A stretch of DNA of 64,000 nt, taken from the NCBI GenBank assembly GCA_016927655.1, contig JAFGMG010000008.1, forward strand, positions 5,929-69,928, written 5' to 3'. The position numbers and the translations under genes are program-made. Positions 1-10,485 of this stretch are shown piece by piece (the stretch's first letter is position 1; each line of letters starts with the position of its first letter). The notes beneath the pieces were generated by a model. It saw only the letters and a program-made list of their open reading frames with translations. It ran no database searches and was not told the origin of the DNA. Source of the DNA: Candidatus Dojkabacteria bacterium. GTDB lineage: Bacteria; Patescibacteriota; Dojkabacteria; B142; JAFGMG01.

Positions 1-981
1 AACATCATCCGCACTAAAAAAAGCAACCCTTTTTCCATTCATGTCCATATACACCGGTTTTGATGCTTCAGCTTCTCCGGTTGAGGAGGCTCCAGCAAGC
101 AGCAGCCCGCTCTTCGAAAAGGCTTGAATTGTATTTTCAAGAGCATTTCTTCCCCCATCTCCAAAATGATTTCCGACACCTGCAGCATCAAAACCAATCT
201 CTTTTAGTGCTGCAACGTTTCTTTCATCACCAATAAACTGCATACACCCCTTGCAAGGCGTAGGATCGCCCGATACAGGATTCTCAAGCATAATCAACGA
301 CAAAGTACTGTTTTTTATAACATCTGCGTATCTATCATACAACAGCGTATAGTTGTCTGTTTGATCCAACCATGTCCTATCCACCGCCCTTGCCGGAATC
401 GTCTCTCCAGCCGAATATATTGAACCGGCAGAATCTGGATCAAACGTATAATACTTTCCCTGATATTCAAACAGACTGTGGACGAATTCGTCATATTCGC
501 CTTGATTTAAATATGTTGTTTTTTTCAAAGAACATAGCGGATAATTTTCGATATTCTCAAAATCCCAAAAAGAAATTCCGTCAACTGTAAAATTTTTTAA
601 TCTAGGATCTAAATCATCTGGGGATACTAAAACTAATTCGTTTTTATTCTCTTTAATAATTTCATACGGAGTTTTATCCTGCAAAACAGAAAGAGTCAAA
701 ACGGTTTTATTCTCATCATTCAAATCTAACTGCTCCAGGCCACCTATCGTTGTTTTCAAGGCCCTTCCGGAAAGTTCCTGCAGTGAAAATCCCGTATCTA
801 GATTATAGAATGAGCCAGCTAACACGAAACAATCATAATACTCCACCTCTTTTTTTTCTTCTTGGATTGTTCCCAGATTTAAACTCGGCCCACCGCTGCG
901 GCCCAAAACCACTAACCCGCCTATAAACCCGGCGATAAAAAGTATGGCAAATAGATACTTTAATCTTGAACGTTTTCTCAC
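1..981 (-). CDS. CapA-family (poly-gamma-glutamate/capsule biosynthesis-like) metallophosphoesterase, membrane-anchored; partial, C-terminus runs off the window start
   Basis: Minus-strand translation has an N-terminal TM helix (VRKRSRLKYLFAILFIAGFIGG), then NLE-like 'LIMLENPVSGD' and 'VGNHFGDGG' motifs typical of the CapA calcineurin-like phosphoesterase family. Probable GTG start at 979-981 overlaps the stop of the upstream gene. Not in the ORF track because there is no ATG. Confidence 0.5.
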   Translation of the reverse strand, partial: MRKRSRLKYLFAILFIAGFIGGLVVLGRSGGPSLNLGTIQEEKKEVEYYDCFVLAGSFYNLDTGFSLQELSGRALKTTIGGLEQLDLNDENKTVLTLSVLQDKTPYEIIKENKNELVLVSPDDLDPRLKNFTVDGISFWDFENIENYPLCSLKKTTYLNQGEYDEFVHSLFEYQGKYYTFDPDSAGSIYSAGETIPARAVDRTWLDQTDNYTLLYDRYADVIKNSTLSLIMLENPVSGDPTPCKGCMQFIGDERNVAALKEIGFDAAGVGNHFGDGGRNALENTIQAFSKSGLLLAGASSTGEAEASKPVYMDMNGKRVAFFSADDV

Positions 982-1505
982 TTGATCAATAATAATTGCA
1001 TTTTATATTCTTCATCATCAAATTCTGTGTCATTTACCTTTAGCTTCTTTTCTACTTCTTCCACCTCAACACCGAAAGCTTTTGTCATTTCATCTTTTTT
1101 AGACTCTTTATGAAGCAATAGTATCTGAGGGTCTATTCTCCCGACATATTTAACAAGATCATTATCAATCTCTACCCCATTTCCAATGACTAGTATATCT
1201 ATCTGACCCAGCTGCTCCAGATCTTTCTCATTTAATTCAATCATCTGCGGGATCAGCAATATATTCACATCACAAATATCCACCAAGAAAGCCATTTTCC
1301 CCTTTTTTTCTATCGCCATACAAAAAATCTCCTTAACCTCATATTCACCAGCATTATAAATAAAATATCCCCTTTCATCTTTCTTCGAAAAATTTACATA
1401 TATATTTGCATCATCCGGGATTTTTTCAGGGGTTTTGTATGCAAGTGCAGCAATAGTATCCTTGCACTTGATAAGAAAATATCCATCTTTTTCCTTTATT
1501 TCCAT
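978..1505 (-). CDS. hypothetical protein (175 aa), acidic C-terminus
   Basis: ORF track entry; no motif recognised. Confidence 0.4.
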   Translation of the reverse strand: MEIKEKDGYFLIKCKDTIAALAYKTPEKIPDDANIYVNFSKKDERGYFIYNAGEYEVKEIFCMAIEKKGKMAFLVDICDVNILLIPQMIELNEKDLEQLGQIDILVIGNGVEIDNDLVKYVGRIDPQILLLHKESKKDEMTKAFGVEVEEVEKKLKVNDTEFDDEEYKMQLLLIK

Positions 1506-1679
1506 ACACTCAAATCTAATAAATACATGATGCCCATCATAGCATTTTTTGGAAGAAAAAATAAATTATCCCCAAAAGTAATTGTGGCGCTACGTATAAT
1601 CCTGTTTATCACTATGAAGCGCCAAAGCACATCTATTTTGTATCATAAATCGCTGCTATGGGAATAATTCTAAAATTTA

Positions 1680-1688
1680 TGCTATAAT
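1680..1688 (+). promoter_or_regulatory. extended -10 element (TGcTATAAT) upstream of rpmE/prfA/prmC; AGGAG RBS at 1704-1708
   Basis: TGCTATAAT read at 1680-1688, about 33 nt upstream of the rpmE ATG. Confidence 0.35.
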
Positions 1689-1720
1689 CACTTCGTTCTA
1701 TTCAGGAGTGAATACAACCA

Positions 1721-2077
1721 ATGAAAAATCAAAAACACCCAAAATATCAGTATGTCGTTTTCCAGGATTCTGGTGCGGACTTTACTATCCTTACAAAATC
1801 AACGGCTACCAGTGATGAAACAATCAAATGGGAAGATGGGGAGGAATATCCTTTAATCAAAGTCGAGATATCAAGTGCATCCCACCCTTTTTACACAGGC
1901 AAACAAAAAATTGTTGATACTGAGAACAGAGTCAAGACTTTTGAGAAGAAGATAAAAAGTGCAAATACTGAAGTACTCGAGGCTAAAAAACAGAAGCGCA
2001 GAGCAAGAAGGGCCAAGGTTGATGCCATAAAGGCAGGCAAACGAGTCACATTGACCGATATGCTTAATGACTTATAA
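1721..2077 (+). CDS. rpmE: 50S ribosomal protein L31 (bL31), Cys-less type-B form with a Lys/Arg-rich C-terminal extension
   Basis: HPKY...SHPFYTGKQ signature of L31. The CxxC zinc knuckle is absent. 3' end overlaps the prfA start by 11 nt. Confidence 0.8.
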   Translation: MKNQKHPKYQYVVFQDSGADFTILTKSTATSDETIKWEDGEEYPLIKVEISSASHPFYTGKQKIVDTENRVKTFEKKIKSANTEVLEAKKQKRRARRAKVDAIKAGKRVTLTDMLNDL

Positions 2078-3140
2078 ACATTCTTCTGAAAAATATAAAG
2101 AGATAATTGAAGAATACGAAAAGGCAGAACAAGACCTTCAGGATCCATCAGTCATTCAAAACCCACAGAAACTCTTGGCAGCCAGCCGCAAACACTCTGA
2201 TTTAAAAGAATTATATGTTCTGGCTTCGAAATACCTCCAAAATGCCCGGCAGATCGAAGAAAATCTGGAACTTCAAAATTCAAATGACCTAGAACTTAGA
2301 GATCTTGCCGAAAACGAGATCTTGGATCTTACAAAGAAAAACACTGATCTTGACGACACTCTAAAAACGCTCTTAAGATCAAGCGATCCAAACGACAAAC
2401 GAGATGCTATACTGGAAATTCGAGCTGGAACAGGAGGAGAAGAAGCTGCCCTATTTGCAGCAGACTTACTAAGAATGTATATCAAATACGCCGAATCAAA
2501 GGGCTGGATAATTCAGACACTCAGCACAAGCTACACTGGCAGCGGAGGCATTAAAGAATCTATAATAAGCCTTAAAGGTAAAGACGCCTATGGAAAGCTA
2601 AAATTTGAAAATGGAGTACACAGAGTTCAAAGGATTCCCTCTACTGAAAGTTCCGGCCGCATTCATACATCAGCAGCTTCTGTCGTGGTCCTGCCAGAGG
2701 TTGATGATATACCAGACATAATTATTAACGACCAGGAGATTAAAGTGGATGTTTATAGAGCTGGCGGGCCAGGAGGCCAAAGCGTAAACACAACAGATTC
2801 AGCCGTTAGAATCACACACCTGCCTACAGGCATCATTGTTACCTGCCAGGATGAAAAATCACAGCACAAGAACAAAGCCAGAGCCTTATCAGTACTAAAA
2901 AGCAGACTTTTCCAGCTACAGCAGGATGAAATTGCTCAGAAAGCTGATTCCCAAAGGAAATCCGCCATCAAATCTGGAGACAGATCGGCAAAAATCCGAA
3001 CATATAACTTTCCACAAGGTAGAGTAACTGACCACCGAATCAAAAAAACGTGGCACAACTTGAATGAGATATTGGATGGAATGCTTGATGAAATAATTTT
3101 GGATACCTCGAAGCAATTATCAAACGGGATTGATATGTAA
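2067..3140 (+). CDS. prfA: peptide chain release factor 1
   Basis: PST tripeptide ([14 protein letters not shown]) and GGQ motif ([26 protein letters not shown]). Confidence 0.9.
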   Translation: MTYKHSSEKYKEIIEEYEKAEQDLQDPSVIQNPQKLLAASRKHSDLKELYVLASKYLQNARQIEENLELQNSNDLELRDLAENEILDLTKKNTDLDDTLKTLLRSSDPNDKRDAILEIRAGTGGEEAALFAADLLRMYIKYAESKGWIIQTLSTSYTGSGGIKESIISLKGKDAYGKLKFENGVHRVQRIPSTESSGRIHTSAASVVVLPEVDDIPDIIINDQEIKVDVYRAGGPGGQSVNTTDSAVRITHLPTGIIVTCQDEKSQHKNKARALSVLKSRLFQLQQDEIAQKADSQRKSAIKSGDRSAKIRTYNFPQGRVTDHRIKKTWHNLNEILDGMLDEIILDTSKQLSNGIDM

Positions 3141-3154
3141 ATCACACTTGCGTA

Positions 3155-4030
3155 ATGTCAACAATAAAAACTCTCATAAAGACCTTTCCAACAAATCAAA
3201 TCAATGATTTGTATGCGATCTTGTCTAAACTCACAAAAAAATCAAAAGAAGAACTTCTTGCAACTCCCGAATTGGCTCTGACACCTTCTCAAAAAAAATC
3301 ATTGACAATACTATTACAAAAATACGGGTCGAAAGAACCGCTTGCCTATATACTTGGTTACAAATATTTCTATAATTCCAAATTTGCGGTAAATAAAAAT
3401 ACATTAATCCCTAGACCAGAGACTGAAATAATTGTAGAAATGCTTTTGAAGATTTTTGGCGATCAAGCCCGCCATTCGCTAACTATGCTGGAAATCGCCA
3501 CTGGGAGCGGTTGCATCCCTGTATCCATTCTCAAAGAAATTGAAGAGCATCCAGCCTCCTACCCCACTCTCAAAATACTCGCAACTGACATTTCAAAAAA
3601 AGCCCTGGAAGTTGCAGAAAAAAATGCCCGGCAAATTCTCACGCGAGACAGCCAGCTAAAAATTAGATTCTCTCACTCGGACATACTCAGCAAAAAAAAC
3701 AAAGATAAATTTGACTTCATTGTCTCCAATCCTCCATATATCACTCCAGAAGAATATAAAAATCTAGATAGATCCGTACATGATTATGAGCCGAGAATCG
3801 CTCTGGAAGCAGGAGAGGCTGGATTGGAAGTGTTTAGAAAGATTCTTGAAAAGACCAGGAGGAATATCAAACACAACACTCTCTTTCTCTTTGAAATTAA
3901 TCCTTCGACACTAGAGGGCTTGGAAAAACTAGTCAAATCATATTACCCGCAAGCCGATATCAAAATTCTTGCCGATCAATACAAAAGAAAACGTTTTCTA
4001 AGTTTCAAACCAGGCAAAATCATACATTAA
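3155..4030 (+). CDS. prmC: release factor glutamine N5-methyltransferase (HemK/PrmC)
   Basis: NPPY motif (IVSNPPYI) and SAM-binding motif (LEIATGSGCI). Sits in the conserved prfA-prmC arrangement. Confidence 0.85.
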   Translation: MSTIKTLIKTFPTNQINDLYAILSKLTKKSKEELLATPELALTPSQKKSLTILLQKYGSKEPLAYILGYKYFYNSKFAVNKNTLIPRPETEIIVEMLLKIFGDQARHSLTMLEIATGSGCIPVSILKEIEEHPASYPTLKILATDISKKALEVAEKNARQILTRDSQLKIRFSHSDILSKKNKDKFDFIVSNPPYITPEEYKNLDRSVHDYEPRIALEAGEAGLEVFRKILEKTRRNIKHNTLFLFEINPSTLEGLEKLVKSYYPQADIKILADQYKRKRFLSFKPGKIIH

Positions 4031-5202
4031 CGCACACCGATCTCAATTTCGATTTCAATACTATCATTGTCTCTCAAGACATTCAGAACAACTTTTTCGC
4101 CTATTTCCGAAGATTGAATATAGCTACTGAGATTCTTCTCCCCTAAATCTGCCCCTGCATAGCCAATTATGAAATCTCCCACTCTCAATCCAGCCGATTC
4201 AGCAGGACTTCCAGATTCTATTCTGGTCAATTGTGCTGCACTCAAAGCTTGATTGTCCATAAAAACCACCCGAGTTTGATACTCCACACCCAAATATGGC
4301 ATTCTAAATTCCCCATATTCTTCTAACTCGGCTAACCTGCTTTTTATCCGATTTATCGGGAGCGCAAATGATAAATTATCTGCTCCACTGACTGTTGCGA
4401 AATTGATACCTATTACCTGTCCTTTGAGATTTAATAATGGGCCACCTGAATTACCTGGATTAATCGCAGCATCAGTCTGAATTACATCATCAAAAGTTTC
4501 GAGAGCCGAATTGAAGAAACTCCCGCTTGTAATATCCACACTTCTGCCGAGACCACTGATAACCCCAGTCGTCACACTCCCGGAGAGTTCTCCAAGTGGA
4601 TTGCCGATAGCTATCACTTGCTGCCCTACCTTTAATTCATCGCTATCACCTAAAGTCAAAGGAACCAGATTATTACTCTGTTCAACTTCAATAATAGCAA
4701 TGTCATTGACTTGATCGCGATAAATCTGCTTAACCTCAACTACCTCTTCAATCCCATCAACTTGAACAAAATATTTTGCATTGAGTTCGGAAACAACGTG
4801 CTGATTGGTTGCGATCATCCCATTGCCGATCACAAAACCTGTGCCCAAAATGCCTCCGGAACTATAGGTATCCCCTTCGATCCCGATTCCGACAACACTT
4901 GGACTTGCAATCTCAACAATCGAAGTAACCCTTTCTTCTGGAGTTCCCTTTTCAAGAAGGTCTTGTAATCTTTCATAGTTTTCTATGCTTGTACTATCCC
5001 CCTCATCTTGAACTTCACACCCTATCCTATTCCAGGCGCTGGAATCCTCTATAACTGCCGTACAAGCCCATTTCTTTGTATACCCGGCGTAAGTCAGGAC
5101 CCCAACTGCAGATGCAACCGAAATAATAGTAAATACAGATATAAGAAAACAGCCTAAATATACCCTTGCTTTTAAGCGTTTTCCTCTTGGTTTATTTTCC
5201 AT
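4027..5202 (-). CDS. HtrA/DegP-family trypsin-like serine protease with C-terminal PDZ domain, N-terminal TM anchor
   Basis: GNSGGPLLN catalytic serine motif, His (ATNQHVV), and PDZ (GLRVGDFIIGYAG). Confidence 0.8.
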   Translation of the reverse strand: MENKPRGKRLKARVYLGCFLISVFTIISVASAVGVLTYAGYTKKWACTAVIEDSSAWNRIGCEVQDEGDSTSIENYERLQDLLEKGTPEERVTSIVEIASPSVVGIGIEGDTYSSGGILGTGFVIGNGMIATNQHVVSELNAKYFVQVDGIEEVVEVKQIYRDQVNDIAIIEVEQSNNLVPLTLGDSDELKVGQQVIAIGNPLGELSGSVTTGVISGLGRSVDITSGSFFNSALETFDDVIQTDAAINPGNSGGPLLNLKGQVIGINFATVSGADNLSFALPINRIKSRLAELEEYGEFRMPYLGVEYQTRVVFMDNQALSAAQLTRIESGSPAESAGLRVGDFIIGYAGADLGEKNLSSYIQSSEIGEKVVLNVLRDNDSIEIEIEIGVR

Positions 5203-5229
5203 TTATTGATTTTAAAAAATAAAATCAGA

Positions 5230-6453
5230 TTATCTGGAAATATTTTCTAAGGCTTTGTCCAATTGAGGATCTCTTCGATTTATGAAATCTTCCTCGCTAA
5301 GCTCTACCTCAACATCAGGCTTGATAGGATTCTCTGAACTTAGCACTCTCCCGCCTGGAAGTACCCACTCCTGGAAAACAACATGCAAAGATCCGCCATT
5401 TTTCAAGGAGATGACCTTCTGTTCAACTCCTTTCCCTACTGTTGGCATGCCAATTATTTCACCCCTGTTATTATCTTGGATCGCTCCAGCAAAAATTTCT
5501 GATGCTGATGCACTTCCCTCATTTACCAGTACTATTATTTGCACCTCCTCAAATCTACCATTTCTCTTTGCCTTTGATTGAGTTTCATTCCCATCGCGAT
5601 CTCTCTCCGACATTAAAAGAGTATTTCTTGGAAAGAATTCATCTAAAACATACAAAACTCCATCGACATATCCACCGGGATTATTTCTTAAATCAACTAT
5701 GATTGTATCAGGATTTTCTGCGTATACTGCCGAAGCTGTTTCGTCCCATTGATTTTTAAACTCAGACAGACTGTCTTCTGTAAATTGAGAAATTTTAATC
5801 TTATAGACCCCATTTTCCAAATCCTCATAGGTGATACTTTTAACATCGATTTTTTCTCTAGTTATTTCAAATACTAAAGGATCCTGCTGCCCTATTCGTA
5901 CTACTTTCAAATTCACGACTGTACCGGCTTCACCTTTTATCAATTCGGCCGTTTCATATGCTTCTTTCCCTTTAGTGTCAACCCCGTCAACTTCGATAAT
6001 TTTATCCCCCGGCCTCAACCCTGCCTTCTGAGCAGGATAACCATCGATCGGAGTTTCAATTTCGGTGTATTCTCCCGTATAACGCAATGTAGTCCCGATA
6101 CCTTCAAATTCTCCTGCATTAGATTCAAGATAATCAGCAGTTTCTTGACTATTTAAGTAACTGTTGTATGGATTCCCAAGGGAATTAACTAATCCCTTTA
6201 TTGCCCCATCAAGCATTAACTCTCCATCCAGCTCTTCCACTAAATAGCTATTCTCCAATTCTGTCCAAACCTCCCAGAGCGTATCAACGTTTACCCCATT
6301 GGCATTGCCATTTAGATCCCCTGTGAGAACATAACCCGGAGCTTTTGCATTCTCTGCATTGATTTTACCTACGAAAAACCCGGTTAAAAAAACTGCCCCA
6401 ACGACGAAAATAAATACAAAACCTGTCGTTGCCCTGCGGATGTTATTCTCCAT
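5230..6453 (-). CDS. ctpA: carboxy-terminal processing protease (S41 family), PDZ-containing, N-terminal TM
   Basis: PDZ (GLRPGDKIIEVDG) and S41 catalytic region (IVLVNEGSASASEIFAGAIQD). Confidence 0.85.
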   Translation of the reverse strand: MENNIRRATTGFVFIFVVGAVFLTGFFVGKINAENAKAPGYVLTGDLNGNANGVNVDTLWEVWTELENSYLVEELDGELMLDGAIKGLVNSLGNPYNSYLNSQETADYLESNAGEFEGIGTTLRYTGEYTEIETPIDGYPAQKAGLRPGDKIIEVDGVDTKGKEAYETAELIKGEAGTVVNLKVVRIGQQDPLVFEITREKIDVKSITYEDLENGVYKIKISQFTEDSLSEFKNQWDETASAVYAENPDTIIVDLRNNPGGYVDGVLYVLDEFFPRNTLLMSERDRDGNETQSKAKRNGRFEEVQIIVLVNEGSASASEIFAGAIQDNNRGEIIGMPTVGKGVEQKVISLKNGGSLHVVFQEWVLPGGRVLSSENPIKPDVEVELSEEDFINRRDPQLDKALENISR

Positions 6454-6458
6454 GGATT

Positions 6459-8195
6459 TTATATAAGATTTATAGTTTTGATCTCATCCAGTTTTGCATC
6501 TGTTTTGATACCAACTAGATCATTTTTTAACGAAACTATTGTAGCACAAGTTCCCCAATTCTTCGGATGAATAATCCTGACATTCTGCCCCACCCTCAAT
6601 TTATTTTGTTTCTTAATTACCTGCACTTCTCCATTTCCTCTACCTGCTATTAATACATCGTTTCGTTGCGGACTCACAACTACAAAGCTGTCTTTTAAGA
6701 CCTGCTTAATTGGGTTGGCCAATCCCGTCAAATCTATTCCGCCTAGAATGACAATAGTTATCAGACTTCCCAAATCAAAGTCCACAATATCATTGAATAA
6801 CCCCAAATCTATCGAGTCTGCAACAATAAGTTTCTTGCCATTTCGTATAAACGTTTCAAAATCAGTTTTATACAAATTTGATACAATAACGCCATCTTTA
6901 TCAAAAGATCCTTCGAAATTTTCTCCAAAGATTATCTTTGGTCTTAGCTTTAGATAATTTTTGAACTTCTTTGTTTTTTGTTGTCCCATCTGACGAACAA
7001 GAATATAACCTTTTTTCAGGTCGCTCAAATCAATCAAACCTTCAATTGAGCTGCTGAAATGGTTCCCTAATTTCTGATTCTTCCTTACAGTTTCTCCCTC
7101 TATCACTCCAATTTCTAATTTTTCGAATGAATCCGGATTTGAATAGTCAAATACTCGAATTTTTGATACGTTTGAATGATCCACTTTCACCTTCAGTTCT
7201 TCATTATAGTATTCAAAAACGTTGTCTTTTCTTTTTTTCAATAACTTGTTCATAGAAGAGAAATTCTTAATTTTTCCTTTATTACCAAATAAAACTCCTT
7301 TGTATTTCCTCCCTCCATAGCTTTCATTATTCTGAAAATCCGAATACACCCAATGATCAGGATCAGGATGCAGCACTCTGTTTGATTCAAATTCATTATT
7401 TGAATTTATCTTCAATGTCCTGCCTATCTCAATTTTGCTAACCAAAATCAAATTTTTATTAAAATTTTCTTTATTTAAATATTTCAGTTCGTTTTCCTCG
7501 GGCAGCTCGGAAAGCACACCTTCCCAGAGTCCATTTTCATCAAGCAGTAGATCAAATTCTCCAGTCGTCTTATCTTGAAAACTCTTTTTCAATAAAATTT
7601 CGATAAAAGAGTTCATTTTATCTGCCCATACAAATTCTCCCATCATCACTATCATCCCCGAAACTTCAATTTTCTCTAATAATTTTTCAAATGCTTTAAT
7701 TACAGGCTCTTCAATCTGGGATCTATTTTCAAGATCAACATATGGATCAAAAAGGAAATTATTTAGTAAAGAGGGGTCAAGAGTTGTCAAATCCACCTTC
7801 TCCGACTTAACTTCGAGTGTATTATTCTTCGCGAAATAATTGAAAAAAGAAACCTCCTTGAAGCCAATTTTAAATCCCTGGATCTTGTCTGTTGAATAAA
7901 TGCGAGAAAGCACCTCAAAGCTTTGGCGTTCTAAGGTTTTCTCTCTTTTGATATATGACCAGCTGGGATTTTGCCTATAATTAATATTTTTCGCAAAAAA
8001 AATAACCTCATTGTCGCAAGTATCAGCAATATGTGTCTGAAGATCATCTTGATTAAATCTGGAAATCCGCTCTATAGATGCATTTTTCTGAATAAGACCC
8101 TTTGCCCCCCATTCAAAAGTCAACGTATTTAGGAAAAAATCCCCTTTCGCAAAGAAAGTGATGTTTTTTTGACTCGTAGGCAGTTTAATTTTCAC
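6459..8195 (-). CDS. hypothetical protein, 578 aa, no recognisable domain
   Basis: Long uninterrupted ORF with balanced composition; no TM segments and no recognisable motif. Confidence 0.35.
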   Translation of the reverse strand: MKIKLPTSQKNITFFAKGDFFLNTLTFEWGAKGLIQKNASIERISRFNQDDLQTHIADTCDNEVIFFAKNINYRQNPSWSYIKREKTLERQSFEVLSRIYSTDKIQGFKIGFKEVSFFNYFAKNNTLEVKSEKVDLTTLDPSLLNNFLFDPYVDLENRSQIEEPVIKAFEKLLEKIEVSGMIVMMGEFVWADKMNSFIEILLKKSFQDKTTGEFDLLLDENGLWEGVLSELPEENELKYLNKENFNKNLILVSKIEIGRTLKINSNNEFESNRVLHPDPDHWVYSDFQNNESYGGRKYKGVLFGNKGKIKNFSSMNKLLKKRKDNVFEYYNEELKVKVDHSNVSKIRVFDYSNPDSFEKLEIGVIEGETVRKNQKLGNHFSSSIEGLIDLSDLKKGYILVRQMGQQKTKKFKNYLKLRPKIIFGENFEGSFDKDGVIVSNLYKTDFETFIRNGKKLIVADSIDLGLFNDIVDFDLGSLITIVILGGIDLTGLANPIKQVLKDSFVVVSPQRNDVLIAGRGNGEVQVIKKQNKLRVGQNVRIIHPKNWGTCATIVSLKNDLVGIKTDAKLDEIKTINLI

Positions 8196-8201
8196 GGCCT
8201 T

Positions 8202-8453
8202 TTAGACGTACTCTGTAAATGGAAGAAGTGCCATGTATCTAGCTCTTTTTATCTCCTTTTTGAGTTTTCTTTGACAAATTGGGGATACCCCAGTCTTTTC
8301 AGGCTCAAGTATTCTTCCTCTTGTAGTTATAAATTTCTTAAGCTGATAAACATCCTTATAAGAAATCTTACCCGGATCTTTGCCGAAAGGACAGCTGAGA
8401 TTTTTCGGCTTTCCTTTATAGTTACTGCTGTTTTTCTTTTTCCTAAATGCCAT
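8202..8453 (-). CDS. rpsR: 30S ribosomal protein S18 (bS18)
   Basis: YKDV..LKKFITTRGRI...RKLKKEIKRARYMALLPF matches the S18 consensus. Conserved rpsF-ssb-rpsR order. Confidence 0.85.
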   Translation of the reverse strand: MAFRKKKNSSNYKGKPKNLSCPFGKDPGKISYKDVYQLKKFITTRGRILEPEKTGVSPICQRKLKKEIKRARYMALLPFTEYV

Positions 8454-8470
8454 AATTCTTTATGTTATTC

Positions 8471-8995
8471 CTAAAATAAATCATCTGCTTCCTGATCAAT
8501 TTCATCGTTTTCCGCTTTGTCTTCACTCTCTTTCTTCTCTTTCGGTTTTTCTTCTCTCTTCCCTTCTTGTTTTTTGTCTTGAGTTTCTGGTTTTTCGTCA
8601 CTTTCGTCAGCAGGTTCAGTAGATCTTGCCTGCTCAACTCCAACTCCTTCTCTGTCTTTCTTATCGAGAAGTTTCATATCATCAATTTTTACTTCTGTTT
8701 TGTAATGCCTATTTCCGCTTTCATCATCCCATACCCTTGTGCGTAACTCACCTTCTAAATAGACGAGCATTCCAGTAGAAAGAATCTGCGCACATATCTC
8801 GCCTAGCTTATTCCAAGCAACAATATTGTGGAATTCAGTTCTTTCCTGCAAATTATTTTCCGCGTCTTTCCAGGTTGTATTGGTTGCAACACCGAATGTG
8901 CAAACCGTCGCTCCTGAAGAAGTCTCCTTCAAAACAGGGTCTCTTGTCAGATTCCCGACAAGCATTACTTTATTTAGAGATCTTGATGTTGACAT
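8471..8995 (-). CDS. ssb: single-stranded DNA-binding protein
   Basis: OB-fold N-terminus (NKVMLVGNLTRDP...) and acidic C-terminal tail ending DDLF. Confidence 0.9.
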   Translation of the reverse strand: MSTSRSLNKVMLVGNLTRDPVLKETSSGATVCTFGVATNTTWKDAENNLQERTEFHNIVAWNKLGEICAQILSTGMLVYLEGELRTRVWDDESGNRHYKTEVKIDDMKLLDKKDREGVGVEQARSTEPADESDEKPETQDKKQEGKREEKPKEKKESEDKAENDEIDQEADDLF

Positions 8996-9014
8996 AACCT
9001 AACTGCTTAAAAAA

Positions 9015-9302
9015 TTATTTATTATCCTCTCTGATTAATACATGTCGCAGAATATCACTCTGAAGCTTAAGCTCATTTTCAAATTCCTTGACATTTACTT
9101 GAGGCATTTCAATGTCTAATACCACATAATAACCCTCTTCATGTTTCTTGATTGGATAGGCCAGATGCCTTTTCCCCCAGATATCAGTTTCTTTAATCTC
9201 ACCTTTGGATTTTACAATTAGTTTTTCAATTCTTGCAAGCACCTTTGATTTAATGTCCTCAGGCAGCAAAGGCTTGATAATCACCATTAATTCGTACTTC
9301 AT
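9015..9302 (-). CDS. rpsF: 30S ribosomal protein S6 (bS6)
   Basis: MKYELMVIIKP...WGKRHLAYPI...GYYVV fits the S6 consensus. Start trimmed to the internal ATG at 9300-9302; the track ORF extends to 9371. Confidence 0.8.
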   Translation of the reverse strand: MKYELMVIIKPLLPEDIKSKVLARIEKLIVKSKGEIKETDIWGKRHLAYPIKKHEEGYYVVLDIEMPQVNVKEFENELKLQSDILRHVLIREDNK

Positions 9303-9383
9303 ACCTAAAAAACTTGAATAAATATAGACGAAGTGATGATAGCATAACGGAAATCTTTTGTCCACAGCCACCAGAGCAGATAA

Positions 9384-10457
9384 TCAAGCATTATGCTTGA
9401 TTATCAAGACATCTCCGTCTTGAATAGTATAATCAGCTCCCTCAAGCCTAAACTTGCCCTTCTCTTTTGCTCCTTGAAAGCCTCCCAGTTCAACAAAATC
9501 TTCATAGTGCACAACCTCGGCTGCAATGAAATTTTTCTGAAAATCGGTGTGAATCACCCCCGCTGCCTGAGCAGCATTCATTCCTGCCTTTATAGTCCAT
9601 GCCCTAGACTCTTTTTCCCCTGCTGTGAAAAAAGAGATCAAACCTAAAACCTCATAACACATTCGTATCAATGCTTCCAAGTTTATTTGATCAATTCCCA
9701 GTTCCTCAACATACTCGACCTTTTCCTTGTCACTCAGTCCTTCGAGATCCTGGATATCTCTTAGATTAACTCTGAAATGATTCCTCCCCTGAAGAAAAGT
9801 CTGTAACTCCGGCGAAAAATCTGCCTTGTCAGAATTTATAAGATAAATTACATCCTTGTCTGTAAGAAGTGACAATTCTTTTCTTTTTGTTTTTACAAAA
9901 TCTTTCTGCGGAAATTCAAATTCATAGGCTTTCTTTTCAGATTCGAGATGTTTGAGCAGATCTTGAAGAATTCCCAGCCAATCTGCCTCATTTTCATTTG
10001 TTCTTGCCAATCTCTCCTGCTTTAGTGCTACAGCTTTTACAGTTTCAATATCTTTTAGTATCAATTCCAATTCTACCGTTTCAATATCAGCCACGGGTTC
10101 AATTTTGTCATTCACATGCTTGATATTTGGGTTCTCAAAATCCCTGACAACATGAAGAATAATATTCACTTCTCTGATATTTGCAAGAAACTGATTTCCA
10201 AGCCCCTCCCCTCTATGCGCGCCTTTTACAAGACCCGCAATATCAAAAAATTCAATAACAGCCGGGACAATCCTTTTTGAATTCTCCATTTGAGCAAGCT
10301 TATCTAACCTTTCGTCCTTAACTTTGACAATCCCTACATTCGGGTCAATAGTGCAGAAAGGATAGTTCTCAGCTGCAACCTGGGCATGAGTCAAAATATT
10401 AAAAAGAGTCGATTTCCCAACATTGGGAAGACCGACAATACCAACCTTAAGATCCAT
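9384..10457 (-). CDS. ychF: ribosome-binding ATPase YchF (Obg-family GTPase with C-terminal TGS domain)
   Basis: GIVGLPNVGKSTLFN...NYPFCTIDPNVG N-terminus and TGS-type C-terminus. Confidence 0.9.
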   Translation of the reverse strand: MDLKVGIVGLPNVGKSTLFNILTHAQVAAENYPFCTIDPNVGIVKVKDERLDKLAQMENSKRIVPAVIEFFDIAGLVKGAHRGEGLGNQFLANIREVNIILHVVRDFENPNIKHVNDKIEPVADIETVELELILKDIETVKAVALKQERLARTNENEADWLGILQDLLKHLESEKKAYEFEFPQKDFVKTKRKELSLLTDKDVIYLINSDKADFSPELQTFLQGRNHFRVNLRDIQDLEGLSDKEKVEYVEELGIDQINLEALIRMCYEVLGLISFFTAGEKESRAWTIKAGMNAAQAAGVIHTDFQKNFIAAEVVHYEDFVELGGFQGAKEKGKFRLEGADYTIQDGDVLIIKHNA

Positions 10458-10485
10458 TTGGAATAATTTAAACTGGAGAATTATA

